From the IMG/VR virus record IMGVR_UViG_3300046820_001896: a stretch of DNA of 55,091 nucleotides; one strand, given 5' to 3'. The notes below the pieces were generated by a model. That model saw nothing but the letters and a program-made list of their open reading frames with translations. It had not been told where the DNA came from and searched no databases. This DNA comes from a virus. Lineage: Duplodnaviria > Heunggongvirae > Uroviricota > Caudoviricetes. The position numbers and the translations under genes are program-made. Of the stretch, positions 1-9,565 are shown in pieces. Positions within the stretch are counted from its first letter, which is position 1. Every line of letters starts with the position of its first letter.

Positions 1-9
1 TGGGAATTA

Positions 10-3000
10 ATGAATGATGGTTTTGCGTGGAAAAACGTATACACACCATCAACATATTACAAAATTAATGACATCGTTGCATACGGTGGTTCATCATATA
101 TTTGTACTTACGCTCATACTGCAGGTGCTTTACTAAACGAAAGTTATTTTGACGTTTTTGCTAAAGGCGTTGAAGTTGAAGAATCATGGGATTCCGAAGT
201 AGAATACCAATTAGGCGATGTAGTTTCATATGGCGGTTACACATATTATGCATTAGAAGCAAACTCTGATGTTGTCCCTACTTCAGACGTTGCTGTGTGG
301 AGACCTTTCGTTGAAGGTATTAATAATCGTGGTCTATGGCAAGCTTCTGGTTCTGGTATTCAACCATATAAAACCGGTGACGTTGTTCGTCATGGTGGTA
401 ACGCATACTTGTGTATTGCTGATGCTACTACTCAATTGCCATCTGATACAGATTATTGGGAATTATTCATTGAAGGTTTTGCATGGCAACAAAACTGGAC
501 TTCAGGAAGTTCATACAAATTAAATGAAGCTGTTAAGTTTGGTACATCAACATATATTTGTATTCAAGCACATACAGCAAGTTCATTAAATTCACCAGAC
601 GTTGACGTAGATCACGATTATTGGGACACATTAGCTGATGGTTCAGCTTCTGCTGTTGTTACAGTTCAAGGTGACATGATTTATCGTGATGAATCTGGCG
701 CACAACGTTTGCCTATCGGTGAATTAGGACCAGAACACACTGATCATGAAGGTACTATACGCGCTATCCAACCGATTTTAGTCGTTAATCCTGATGGTAT
801 AGAACCTGAATGGTCAAGAACAGCACATATTGGTGTTGAAGCTATTCACGTTGATAACCATGTATTAGTTGGTGTAGATGATACTGAAGCTTCAGCAAGC
901 GCATCAGTGTTTATTGGTGTAGATGCACAATCATATTTGGTTGACGATTCACAATTTACAGGTTATGTTGGTTTAACTGACGTTAAATTTATTGCTGTAA
1001 CTGATTTAGATGGTTTCGGTCAAATCGCATTTAAGAACATTAATAGCGGAACATCAGCTTCAACTGACTTTATTATGTACACCGATGATGGTGATAATGA
1101 TTCAGGATGGATTGATATTGGTATTACATCATCTTCATTTGATATCACCTCTGGTTTCGGTATTACTGGTTCACATGATGGTTATATCTTCATGAATGCA
1201 CCAGTAAATTCATCTGGTTTTGGTAATTTAGTTATCGCTACTAGTGAAAATGGTACTGAAAAAGATATCGTTTTCGTAACAGGTGGTTTTGATCCTACTA
1301 CTAATACTGACGCTGAAAAGATGCGTATTATTGGTGAAGCACGTCCTGGCGCAATGTTTACTGGTGAAATCTCTGGTACAACATTAACAGTTACTGCAGT
1401 GTCTATGGGTACTATCTTATTTGATGGTGAACATACAATTAATGGTGCAGGTATTATTGACGGTACTGTAATTACTGCACAATTATCTGGTGCAGCAGGT
1501 TCAACAGGTCAATACACAGTTAATAAGAAACAAACTGTTGCAAGTCGTGCAATGACTCAAGATTTAAATCCAGCTGGTGTTGAGATTTATATTAATACTG
1601 CTGCTACAAACCCATACACTGGTGCTTTAAGAGTTAAAGGTGGTATTGGTGTTCAAGGTGACTTAGATCTTGAAGGTACTATCGAAGCTTACGGTGGTGC
1701 GATTTATCAAGGTACAGACGGTGCTATCACAGCTCGTATGTTAACACTTGATGATTCAGTTTCTCCTGGTTATGTAGGTCTAACAGATGCATCTGCAGTG
1801 TTTACTGGTCATGCAAACTCATTCGTACAAATGGCGTTGAAAAACTTCAGCGATGGTTCAGAAGCTTCTACAGACTTAATCGTATATGCATCTAATGGTG
1901 ATAACGAATCAGGTTGGATGGATATGGGTATCACTTCTGAGAACTATAACGACCCAACATTCACAGTTACTGGCCCATCGACTGGTTACATTTTCATGTC
2001 AGCACCAATAGGTAGTACTTCTACAGGTAACATGTTGGTTGGTACTAGTGAAAATGGTACTGAAAACGACATCGTATTCTTCACTGATGGTTTCGATGCT
2101 GGTAATGAAAAATTACGTATTGTAGGTAATACACGACCAGGTAAAGCTGCGGGTGTTGAGATTTATGCAGACACAGAATCTACATCAACTACTTCAGGAG
2201 CACTTCGTGTTGATGGTGGTGTAGGTATTCAAGGTAACTTAAACGTTGGTGGTAACGTAGCAATTACTGGTACAATTTCTATCGGTGGTTCTGGTTCATC
2301 TTTAGAAACAACAACCCTTGCTGTTTCAGATCCGATGATTCGTATGGCTTCTGGAAACCCAAGCGACTTGATCGACTTAGGTTTCTATGGCACATTTAGT
2401 TCAATTTCAACACTATTAAATGGTGCAATCAATGCATCTGTTACGACATTAACTGTTGATAGCACTACAGCGTTCCCAACATCTGGTAATTTGGTGTGCG
2501 GCACAGAAGAAATATCATACACTGGTAAAACTCCTACAACATTTACTGGTGTTACTCGTGGTGTTAATGGTACTACAGCAGCAGTTCATGGTGATAATTC
2601 TCCAATCTTCGTTGCTTCATATGCTGGTCTAGTAAGAGATGCTTCTGATGGTGCGTTTAAGTTATTCACTAATTTAAATACACTTGCACCAACAGCAACA
2701 GTAAACTTTGGTTCAGCAACACTTGCTGCCTTATCTGTGGGTGCAATTACTTCAACCGGTGATAGTACATTCTCAGGCGATATCGCGGTTAATGGTGGTG
2801 ATTTAACATCTACTGCTACAACATTTAACTTATTGAACTCTACAGTATCTACATTAAATATTGGTGGTGCAGCTAGTACGATTGCATTAGGAGCTTCAAA
2901 TAGCACATTAACATTAGGTGGAAACTTAACAGTTAATGGTATTACAACAGTTGAGTCAATCACTGAAATCATGGATGCTAAAGCTTCTGCTACTGGCACA

Positions 3001-3309
3001 GTAACACATGATTTCAATACAAGCGATGTATTCTATCACACTGGTATTTCTGCTAACTTTACAGCAAATATTACTAACATGCCAACAACTGTTGGTAGAA
3101 TTAGTACTGTTACATTGATCTTAGCACAAGGTGGTACAGGTTACTTACCAACGGCAGTTCAAATTAATGGTACTGGTCAAACTATTAGATGGGCAGGTAA
3201 CACACAACCTACTCCTCAAGCTAACAAAACAGACGTGGTTGTATTCACATTAATTAGAACAGCAGCTGGCGCTTGGGTAGTTTTAGGTCAAATGTCTTCT
3301 TACGGTTAA
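10..3309 (+). CDS. Large tail fibre / adhesin-like virion protein (may be 5'-truncated by the window edge)
   Basis: N-terminal repeats W-x5-Y-x3-D-x-V-x-Y/H-GG-x2-Y (CBM5/12-like). An internal module is duplicated. Contains beta-helix-like GALRVxGGxGxQG motifs and a Thr/Ser/Gly-rich composition. The frame is also open upstream of the ATG at 10. Confidence 0.75.
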   Translation: MNDGFAWKNVYTPSTYYKINDIVAYGGSSYICTYAHTAGALLNESYFDVFAKGVEVEESWDSEVEYQLGDVVSYGGYTYYALEANSDVVPTSDVAVWRPFVEGINNRGLWQASGSGIQPYKTGDVVRHGGNAYLCIADATTQLPSDTDYWELFIEGFAWQQNWTSGSSYKLNEAVKFGTSTYICIQAHTASSLNSPDVDVDHDYWDTLADGSASAVVTVQGDMIYRDESGAQRLPIGELGPEHTDHEGTIRAIQPILVVNPDGIEPEWSRTAHIGVEAIHVDNHVLVGVDDTEASASASVFIGVDAQSYLVDDSQFTGYVGLTDVKFIAVTDLDGFGQIAFKNINSGTSASTDFIMYTDDGDNDSGWIDIGITSSSFDITSGFGITGSHDGYIFMNAPVNSSGFGNLVIATSENGTEKDIVFVTGGFDPTTNTDAEKMRIIGEARPGAMFTGEISGTTLTVTAVSMGTILFDGEHTINGAGIIDGTVITAQLSGAAGSTGQYTVNKKQTVASRAMTQDLNPAGVEIYINTAATNPYTGALRVKGGIGVQGDLDLEGTIEAYGGAIYQGTDGAITARMLTLDDSVSPGYVGLTDASAVFTGHANSFVQMALKNFSDGSEASTDLIVYASNGDNESGWMDMGITSENYNDPTFTVTGPSTGYIFMSAPIGSTSTGNMLVGTSENGTENDIVFFTDGFDAGNEKLRIVGNTRPGKAAGVEIYADTESTSTTSGALRVDGGVGIQGNLNVGGNVAITGTISIGGSGSSLETTTLAVSDPMIRMASGNPSDLIDLGFYGTFSSISTLLNGAINASVTTLTVDSTTAFPTSGNLVCGTEEISYTGKTPTTFTGVTRGVNGTTAAVHGDNSPIFVASYAGLVRDASDGAFKLFTNLNTLAPTATVNFGSATLAALSVGAITSTGDSTFSGDIAVNGGDLTSTATTFNLLNSTVSTLNIGGAASTIALGASNSTLTLGGNLTVNGITTVESITEIMDAKASATGTVTHDFNTSDVFYHTGISANFTANITNMPTTVGRISTVTLILAQGGTGYLPTAVQINGTGQTIRWAGNTQPTPQANKTDVVVFTLIRTAAGAWVVLGQMSSYG

Positions 3310-3322
3310 TAGGTAGTAAAGA

Positions 3323-4960
3323 ATGGCTTTTTTAGGGTCTACTGGTGGAAATATTAGAAACAGCGGAAGGGGTGGTTTCCACCCTGGAGTTGGTCCGCAA
3401 GATATTAACTATCCAGTTTCTGTAAGTACTGGCACAGAGTTGCAATCACCAATTAATGGATTGCAACTTAGAATCAACCCATCTCAAGATTTGTGGACTA
3501 CATATCAAAATTTGCCAGCTTTTTTAACTGGTATTGGTAAAGTTACGTCTACTGTTATTAATGAAACAGATAGTGGCACATTCACCGTAACACAACCGTG
3601 TCGTGTTTGGTTACTTAGATCACCATCATGGAATGCTGTAGATGTTTCAGCATATACATTACATTCTACTTTAAATAGCGTTGGTATTGATGCATCTAAT
3701 ACATCAATCTATTATCGTGATGTTACACCAGGTACATATCCGTATGACAATAATTCAGCAATGTACATTTGGTCATTCGACAATCCTGTCTCAGAAGTAA
3801 GCGGTACATTAGGTACTACTGTTGTTAATGGAACAGGTGATACTACTGCTAACGTAAGTTCAACAAGAATTTCTGGACAACGTGGAACGATTGATCCATT
3901 CCACAATGGACCAGTAACATATTCTATTTCTTCTGGTGCTCTTCCCCCTGGTTTTACATTAAATTCCTCAACAGGTCAAATTACTGGTACATACACAGCA
4001 TCTGGTATCAATACTGATGGTCAAGTTTATAACTTTACTGTTCGTGCTACTGATAATTCTCCAGGAGCTAAATCAACATCTGATAGATCATATTCAGTTA
4101 CACTAAGTGTGCCTTGGTTATATCGTCAAATCATTACAACAATGTATATGGTTGGTGGATATAAAGACTCTACAGCATGGTCAAACTCTAATCGTTTTCC
4201 TCGTTCTACTGAAACATGTACTAACTTAGGAGATGGTTTAATTGATAACTATAATTATAAATCTGGCATGTGTAGCGACACATATGGATATGTGTTTGGT
4301 GCTGGTGGAGGACATTCTACTGCATTAAATACTACATCAAGAACAAACATTCGTACAGAAGCAAAAGCATCAAATCCTGGTGGTCCAGGATTCAATTGTG
4401 GAGATACTGGCACTGCATTCGCTCCAGATCGTAATAGATCATTTACTGTTGGTGGCGGTGTAAATAACTGTTTTAGATTCACTGCATCAAGCGAATCTTT
4501 TTCAACATTAGGTGGTGGTCAGGGTTCAGAAGCTAGTGCAATTTCTGGAGAAAATAAAGGTATTTTCTGGGGAAGTGCTAATAGATCAATTAACTTTTCT
4601 ACTGAAGCACAAGCCACAATTAGTCTTGCTGCTAGCGCACATCACCAACAAAAAGGTTTATCTTCTAAAGTTAATTTAGGTTATGCTGGTAATGAAGGTA
4701 CTTGGAACGGTGGTTATAATTGGCGTAAAACTAATATTGTCAATGAATCATATGGTACAATCACTAAAGCTCTTGCAAATTGCGGTGAAGAAAATTATGC
4801 AATGTCACAAGATAGAGGTTATATCTTAGGTGAGTATAACGGTGCACAGAATAATAACTGTGGTAGAGTAATTTACGCTACAGATGCTATCGCATCTGGC
4901 TTCACAAGTATTCAAGGACATGGCGGAGCTTCTTCAGGCCATTGTTTCTGGAGAGATTAA
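3323..4960 (+). CDS. Virion accessory protein: putative Ig (He_PIG-like) domain plus C-terminal Kelch-like beta-propeller
   Basis: YSISSGALPPGFTLNSSTGQITG ... YNFTVRATD is a putative Ig motif. The C-terminal part has repeated GY/F-x2-GG blades. Paralog of 4964-6211. Confidence 0.6.
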   Translation: MAFLGSTGGNIRNSGRGGFHPGVGPQDINYPVSVSTGTELQSPINGLQLRINPSQDLWTTYQNLPAFLTGIGKVTSTVINETDSGTFTVTQPCRVWLLRSPSWNAVDVSAYTLHSTLNSVGIDASNTSIYYRDVTPGTYPYDNNSAMYIWSFDNPVSEVSGTLGTTVVNGTGDTTANVSSTRISGQRGTIDPFHNGPVTYSISSGALPPGFTLNSSTGQITGTYTASGINTDGQVYNFTVRATDNSPGAKSTSDRSYSVTLSVPWLYRQIITTMYMVGGYKDSTAWSNSNRFPRSTETCTNLGDGLIDNYNYKSGMCSDTYGYVFGAGGGHSTALNTTSRTNIRTEAKASNPGGPGFNCGDTGTAFAPDRNRSFTVGGGVNNCFRFTASSESFSTLGGGQGSEASAISGENKGIFWGSANRSINFSTEAQATISLAASAHHQQKGLSSKVNLGYAGNEGTWNGGYNWRKTNIVNESYGTITKALANCGEENYAMSQDRGYILGEYNGAQNNNCGRVIYATDAIASGFTSIQGHGGASSGHCFWRD

Positions 4961-4963
4961 TAA

Positions 4964-6211
4964 ATGGCATTTTACGGAACTAAAGGCGGAAATAATAGAA
5001 ACAGTGGCCGCGGTGGATTTCACCCTGGAGCGATAACCGATACATCATCGTCTGCACCAGCTGGATCATTAGGAACTGCAACAGTTAGCGGTAGTGGAGT
5101 AGATATTGCCAATACAACTTCCAATTCAGTTTCTGGTCAACGCCAAGTATTTGATCCATGGCATACTGGTATTCAATACTCGGTAGTTTCAGGTTCTCTT
5201 CCTCCAGGATTTTCATTAAACGCATCTACCGGCCAGATTACTGGAACATACTCAGCGTCTGGTATTAATACTGACGGAACTGTTTACAACTTTACTATTC
5301 GTGCATCAGATAATTCTCCTGGTGCAAAAACCACATCTGATCGTTCGTATAGTGTAACGCTTTCAGTGCCATGGTTGTATCGTCAAATCATTACGACAAT
5401 ATACATGGCGGGTGGATATAAGGATTCTACTCTTTGGTCAAACGTTAACAGATTTCCAAGATCAACAGAAACATGTACTAATCTAGGCGATGGTAATATT
5501 GATAACTACCACTATAAGTCTGGTATGTGTGATGAAAATCGTGGCCACGTTTGGAATGGTAATACTACTACTACATTCAATATGCGAACAGAATCCAAAG
5601 TAAATGGAGTAGGTGCACCTGGTTATGCTTGTACAAATACAGGTACAACATTCGCGCCTGATCGCAATAGATCATTTACAACTGGTGAAGGTGTAAATAC
5701 TATGTTTAGGTTTACAGCTAGCACAAACTCATTTGCTAATTTGGGTGGTGGCAACGATGGTCATGCAACAGGAATATCTGGAGAAAATAAAGGCATCTAT
5801 TGGGGTCATGGCGGTACTAACCAAAATCGTAGAATAGATTTTAGTACAGAAGCGCAAGCTACTATTGGTATGGCTGGTGGAGCACACGGTCAACAAAAAG
5901 GAATGTCTGCAAAAACTGGTTTTGGCTATGGAGGTAATGAAGGTACGTATGCTGGTGGCTACAACTTTAGAAAAACTAATATTACCAACGAATCATATAG
6001 TACTGTTGCAAAAATGTGGGGTAATTGCGGTGAAGAAAACATGGGTATGTCACAAGATCGCGGTTACATAATTGGACAATACGATGATAGTATTGGTCAA
6101 AATAACAGATGCGGTAGACACATTTATGCAACTGATGCAGGAGCACAATTAAGTACAGAAGTACAAGGACACGCAGGAGCTTCTTCAGGACATTGTTTCT
6201 GGAGAAACTAA
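4964..6211 (+). CDS. Virion accessory protein, paralog of 3323-4960 (Ig-like plus propeller)
   Basis: Shares the N-terminus RNSGRGGFHPG, the Ig domain, the YRQIITT...GGYKDS block and the C-terminal GASSGHCFWR. Lacks the ~130 aa insert of the upstream copy. Confidence 0.6.
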   Translation: MAFYGTKGGNNRNSGRGGFHPGAITDTSSSAPAGSLGTATVSGSGVDIANTTSNSVSGQRQVFDPWHTGIQYSVVSGSLPPGFSLNASTGQITGTYSASGINTDGTVYNFTIRASDNSPGAKTTSDRSYSVTLSVPWLYRQIITTIYMAGGYKDSTLWSNVNRFPRSTETCTNLGDGNIDNYHYKSGMCDENRGHVWNGNTTTTFNMRTESKVNGVGAPGYACTNTGTTFAPDRNRSFTTGEGVNTMFRFTASTNSFANLGGGNDGHATGISGENKGIYWGHGGTNQNRRIDFSTEAQATIGMAGGAHGQQKGMSAKTGFGYGGNEGTYAGGYNFRKTNITNESYSTVAKMWGNCGEENMGMSQDRGYIIGQYDDSIGQNNRCGRHIYATDAGAQLSTEVQGHAGASSGHCFWRN

Positions 6212-6217
6212 TAAATA
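6210..6217 (+). promoter_or_regulatory. Possible T4-type late promoter (AATAAATA)
   Basis: One mismatch to TATAAATA. Lies directly after a stop codon and about 40 nt upstream of the 6255 ATG. Confidence 0.4.
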
Positions 6218-6254
6218 GTATTAGCTAAATAATTTTTTTGTTAAAGGTAAAAAA

Positions 6255-7163
6255 ATGACTGATGTAGTAGAATATGGAAAATACAAGTATGAAAATTTCT
6301 TCCCTAAAAAGAAAATTTCAACTGATCTTTCTTTAATTCCAAAAAAATCCCAAGAATTACTAGAGTTTTCTTATAACAACTATTGGAGTACTCCAAAGTT
6401 CAAGCTTAAGTGGTTTGTGGGCCAAGCTGAATATACTCCATTCCATATTGTTCGTCAATACCTATTAGAACTTCGTGCTCGCGAAGATTCTTTAGAGTTG
6501 CAAGAATACGAACTTAACAAAATTAAAATCGAATTAAAGATGGCTATTCGTGATCGTGACGAATGCCAAGACGAATTACTTAAAGAAATGTTAGATCTAG
6601 AAGTAAAGAAGAAAACTAATGGAGTTGCTTCAACACAATCTAGAGTAAAAGATCTTTATATTGAACGTCAGTTTTTCTTAGAGTTAGTAGAAGAATTTTT
6701 GAATGGTCCTCATGGTAAAACACCAGATGGTCGTCCACTAACTGAAGTTCTTGGCACTGAAGAAGAAGAAAAATACGAACGCGAATATTGGACAGTTCGT
6801 TTAGCTCGCCAAGCAGCTATGGATCTATGTGCTTATGGACGTATTGGTTCAGGTAACTTAGACGCTATTATGCAACTTGGACCTGAGCAAAGGGAAGAAA
6901 CTCTTGCATTGGCACACACTGTCAACTTAGCAGTTGAACAACAACAAGTCAATATAAGACAAGAAGCTGCAAAAGCATTGCAATTAACTAATGATGGTAA
7001 ATTAAATTATATCGGTTCATTAGATCCACAGTTGATTAATAATGCTATTAACGCAGATTTAGAATTAATTAATGCAGCTAGCGCAAAATTAAATTTAAAT
7101 AATAATCCTTCTATTCCTGAACCTACTTTGCCAAAAGAATTCAATGAAATTTATAACGTTTGA
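6255..7163 (+). CDS. Conserved phage coiled-coil protein of unknown function
   Basis: Helical E/L/K-rich central segment, with motifs TPFHIVRQYLLEL and EYWTVRLARQAAMDL..GRIGSGNLDAI. I recall such proteins next to propeller-type fibre genes in aquatic T4-like phages (unverified). Confidence 0.55.
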   Translation: MTDVVEYGKYKYENFFPKKKISTDLSLIPKKSQELLEFSYNNYWSTPKFKLKWFVGQAEYTPFHIVRQYLLELRAREDSLELQEYELNKIKIELKMAIRDRDECQDELLKEMLDLEVKKKTNGVASTQSRVKDLYIERQFFLELVEEFLNGPHGKTPDGRPLTEVLGTEEEEKYEREYWTVRLARQAAMDLCAYGRIGSGNLDAIMQLGPEQREETLALAHTVNLAVEQQQVNIRQEAAKALQLTNDGKLNYIGSLDPQLINNAINADLELINAASAKLNLNNNPSIPEPTLPKEFNEIYNV

Positions 7164-7860
7164 AAAAAGCGAATATGAAATAGGTCTATTGAGACAATTC
7201 AAACATAGACCTTTGACTAGTTTTTGGACATATGATGTGTATCAAATCGAAGAAGATACACATCTTTTTCCAAAAGAATTGCAAGATATTTTAATTGAAA
7301 TTCCAGAGAGTATTGCTAGAGGATCTATGTTTTCACACATAGATTTAAATCAACGAAATACTATGAATGTCAAAGTAGAACAGTTTGCATTCGAATGGGT
7401 AAAAGATTCTCTTGATATACCAAAAAGTAAGAAGTTAAATCCAAGAGATAAATTCACTTATACGATAACAGAACAAGACGAAAAAGATTCTGTTGAATTT
7501 ATTAAAACCGTGTTGTTAGATTATTTGCAAAAACATTACAATTCTCTTTCTGACGGCAACAAAATAAGATACAATAAAAAGATTAATGGCATTAAAACTG
7601 CCATACAAGAATGTAAAACTAACTATGATTGTCATGTGATAATGCACAATCATTTTAATTATCCGCTATTAGTAGTAAAAGATAAACTTGGAACTTCTTT
7701 ACCTGGTGCTAGATGGAATTTATCAACACCATCTAAGAAAACTGAGGTTTCGTATTTCACTCCAGAAATGCTTGATACTGGACCTACTATAGATAATATT
7801 AGTCCAACAGTATTTGAACTAAAATGGGAAATTGGTGAACCAGTATTAGTTAATCTGTAG
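7144..7860 (+). CDS. Hypothetical protein
   Basis: 238 aa ORF overlapping the upstream stop, suggesting operon coupling. No recognisable motif. Confidence 0.6.
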   Translation: MKFITFEKSEYEIGLLRQFKHRPLTSFWTYDVYQIEEDTHLFPKELQDILIEIPESIARGSMFSHIDLNQRNTMNVKVEQFAFEWVKDSLDIPKSKKLNPRDKFTYTITEQDEKDSVEFIKTVLLDYLQKHYNSLSDGNKIRYNKKINGIKTAIQECKTNYDCHVIMHNHFNYPLLVVKDKLGTSLPGARWNLSTPSKKTEVSYFTPEMLDTGPTIDNISPTVFELKWEIGEPVLVNL

Positions 7861-7879
7861 CAATATATAATTTTATAGG

Positions 7880-9565
7880 ATGAGTATAGTGACTCCCAAA
7901 AAAATCTTCAGTATTCCAATCAATCCTAAGCTTTCGCAAGAAGAGTTTACGGCATTTTATCATTGGTTAGATCAGTACAAAGACTGGATAGCCGATGTAT
8001 ATTTCACTTCTAGAATTAACCCGTTCAATCAAGACGCAATGGGTGAAGTCATCATGTTTAATCAAGATAAGGTAAATCTTATTGAGACAGCATTAAACAT
8101 TCAAAAATATCTTGGTATTAAAGCATCAGCTACATTTAATAATATCCAAGTACCTCCAACACAAACCAATTTAGATACTTTCATCATTAACTTTAAACCG
8201 TTATATGATGCAGGTATTAGAACTGCGACCATCCCTCACACGCATTGGATGGCTACTGGTCAAATTAAAGCTGCATTCCCAGAATTATATGTTAAAAATA
8301 CTATTCTAAGAAATGTTAGACGACCAGCAGAAGTAGTTGCTTTAGCTAAAGAAGGTTTTGACTATATCAATTTAGATCGTGATTTAATGCGAGATAAAGA
8401 TGCATTGATACGATTACAAGATGCTAAAAAATGGATTAAGACAAATCTAAATAAAGATATTCATTATAGCTTATTAGCGAATGAAGGTTGTTTAGGCGAG
8501 TGCCATATGATGGACGAACATTTCGAATATAATAATACTCGAAATGACAAAGATCCTTCATATTTTAATTCTGCAATCAGTAGAGTTAGTTGTCCAAAAT
8601 GGGACGTTGAAGATCCTGCTGTTTATTTAAAGACTGCAAACTTCTCTCCTTGGAAATCAGATTGGGATGAATACTTAAAATTAGGAATTGACGTATTTAA
8701 AATGCATGGTCGTGAAAGTATTCAACGATTAGGCGAGACTATGCGCAAAGTAGAACGTTACGTTGCTAATGAAGAAGTTTTAGATGATAATTTTAAAGAC
8801 TTTATCGACAAAGCACAATTAACGGGTAAACCTATTAATATCTGGCGTGATAAGATTCGTAATTGTAAATTTGATTGCTGGGAATGTCAATACTGTGATA
8901 AGATCGAAGAAAAAAAAGACGAATACGATTATACTGCATTGACAAAGCATGTAGTAGATTCTATTGCTAAGAGCGGTATTCCAAAAGTTAATATCAATAT
9001 TAGTGGTTTAACAAGTTCTCGCGTTCAAACTTTATTAAACACTTTAGCTTCACAATGTGGTTCTTATTTAGAAGTTGGTTCATATTTAGGTGCAACTGCT
9101 GCAGCTGTATTACACAATAATCCTATCAATGCGTATTTCGTAGATAAGTGGGAAGAACAAATTCAACCTGCACGTGATGACATGCAAACTCAAGCAAATG
9201 ATTACGAAACATTTGCACAAAATATTACTCCTTATATCGGTAACTCTAATGTTAAAGTTTTAAAAGGAGATATGTTAGGAATTGATTTATTAGAAATAGA
9301 TCATACTATTGATATGTTTATGTACGATGGTCCGCACGATGTTAAGTCTACTGCGAATGCATTAAAATATTATTGGCCTAAACTATCTAAAGATTGTATT
9401 TTAGTGTTTGATGATGCAAACTGGGAATCAGTATTACAAGGCGCAAGAGAAGCATTACAAGAATTAGATGCACATGTAGTATATGAAAAACTTATTTTAA
9501 ATTCTGAAGAAAATCCTAGAGAGTGGTGGAATGGATTGTATATTGTGGTTATTAGGAAAACATGA
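7880..9565 (+). CDS. U32-family (UbiU/TrhP/RlhA-like) Fe-S protein fused to a class I SAM methyltransferase (Methyltransf_24-like)
   Basis: N-domain has LLANEGCLGECH, SCPKW and FKMHGRE (equivalent to U32 KIEGR), then CKFDCWECQYC. C-domain has motif I YLEVGSYLGAT and MFMYDGPH, plus LVFDD. Confidence 0.7.
   Translation: MSIVTPKKIFSIPINPKLSQEEFTAFYHWLDQYKDWIADVYFTSRINPFNQDAMGEVIMFNQDKVNLIETALNIQKYLGIKASATFNNIQVPPTQTNLDTFIINFKPLYDAGIRTATIPHTHWMATGQIKAAFPELYVKNTILRNVRRPAEVVALAKEGFDYINLDRDLMRDKDALIRLQDAKKWIKTNLNKDIHYSLLANEGCLGECHMMDEHFEYNNTRNDKDPSYFNSAISRVSCPKWDVEDPAVYLKTANFSPWKSDWDEYLKLGIDVFKMHGRESIQRLGETMRKVERYVANEEVLDDNFKDFIDKAQLTGKPINIWRDKIRNCKFDCWECQYCDKIEEKKDEYDYTALTKHVVDSIAKSGIPKVNINISGLTSSRVQTLLNTLASQCGSYLEVGSYLGATAAAVLHNNPINAYFVDKWEEQIQPARDDMQTQANDYETFAQNITPYIGNSNVKVLKGDMLGIDLLEIDHTIDMFMYDGPHDVKSTANALKYYWPKLSKDCILVFDDANWESVLQGAREALQELDAHVVYEKLILNSEENPREWWNGLYIVVIRKT

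Noticed and set aside
7880-9000. Calling the U32 domain a collagenase/protease
   Set aside because: Characterised U32 members are Fe-S hydroxylation factors, and the protease label is a legacy annotation. No protease catalytic motif is evident.
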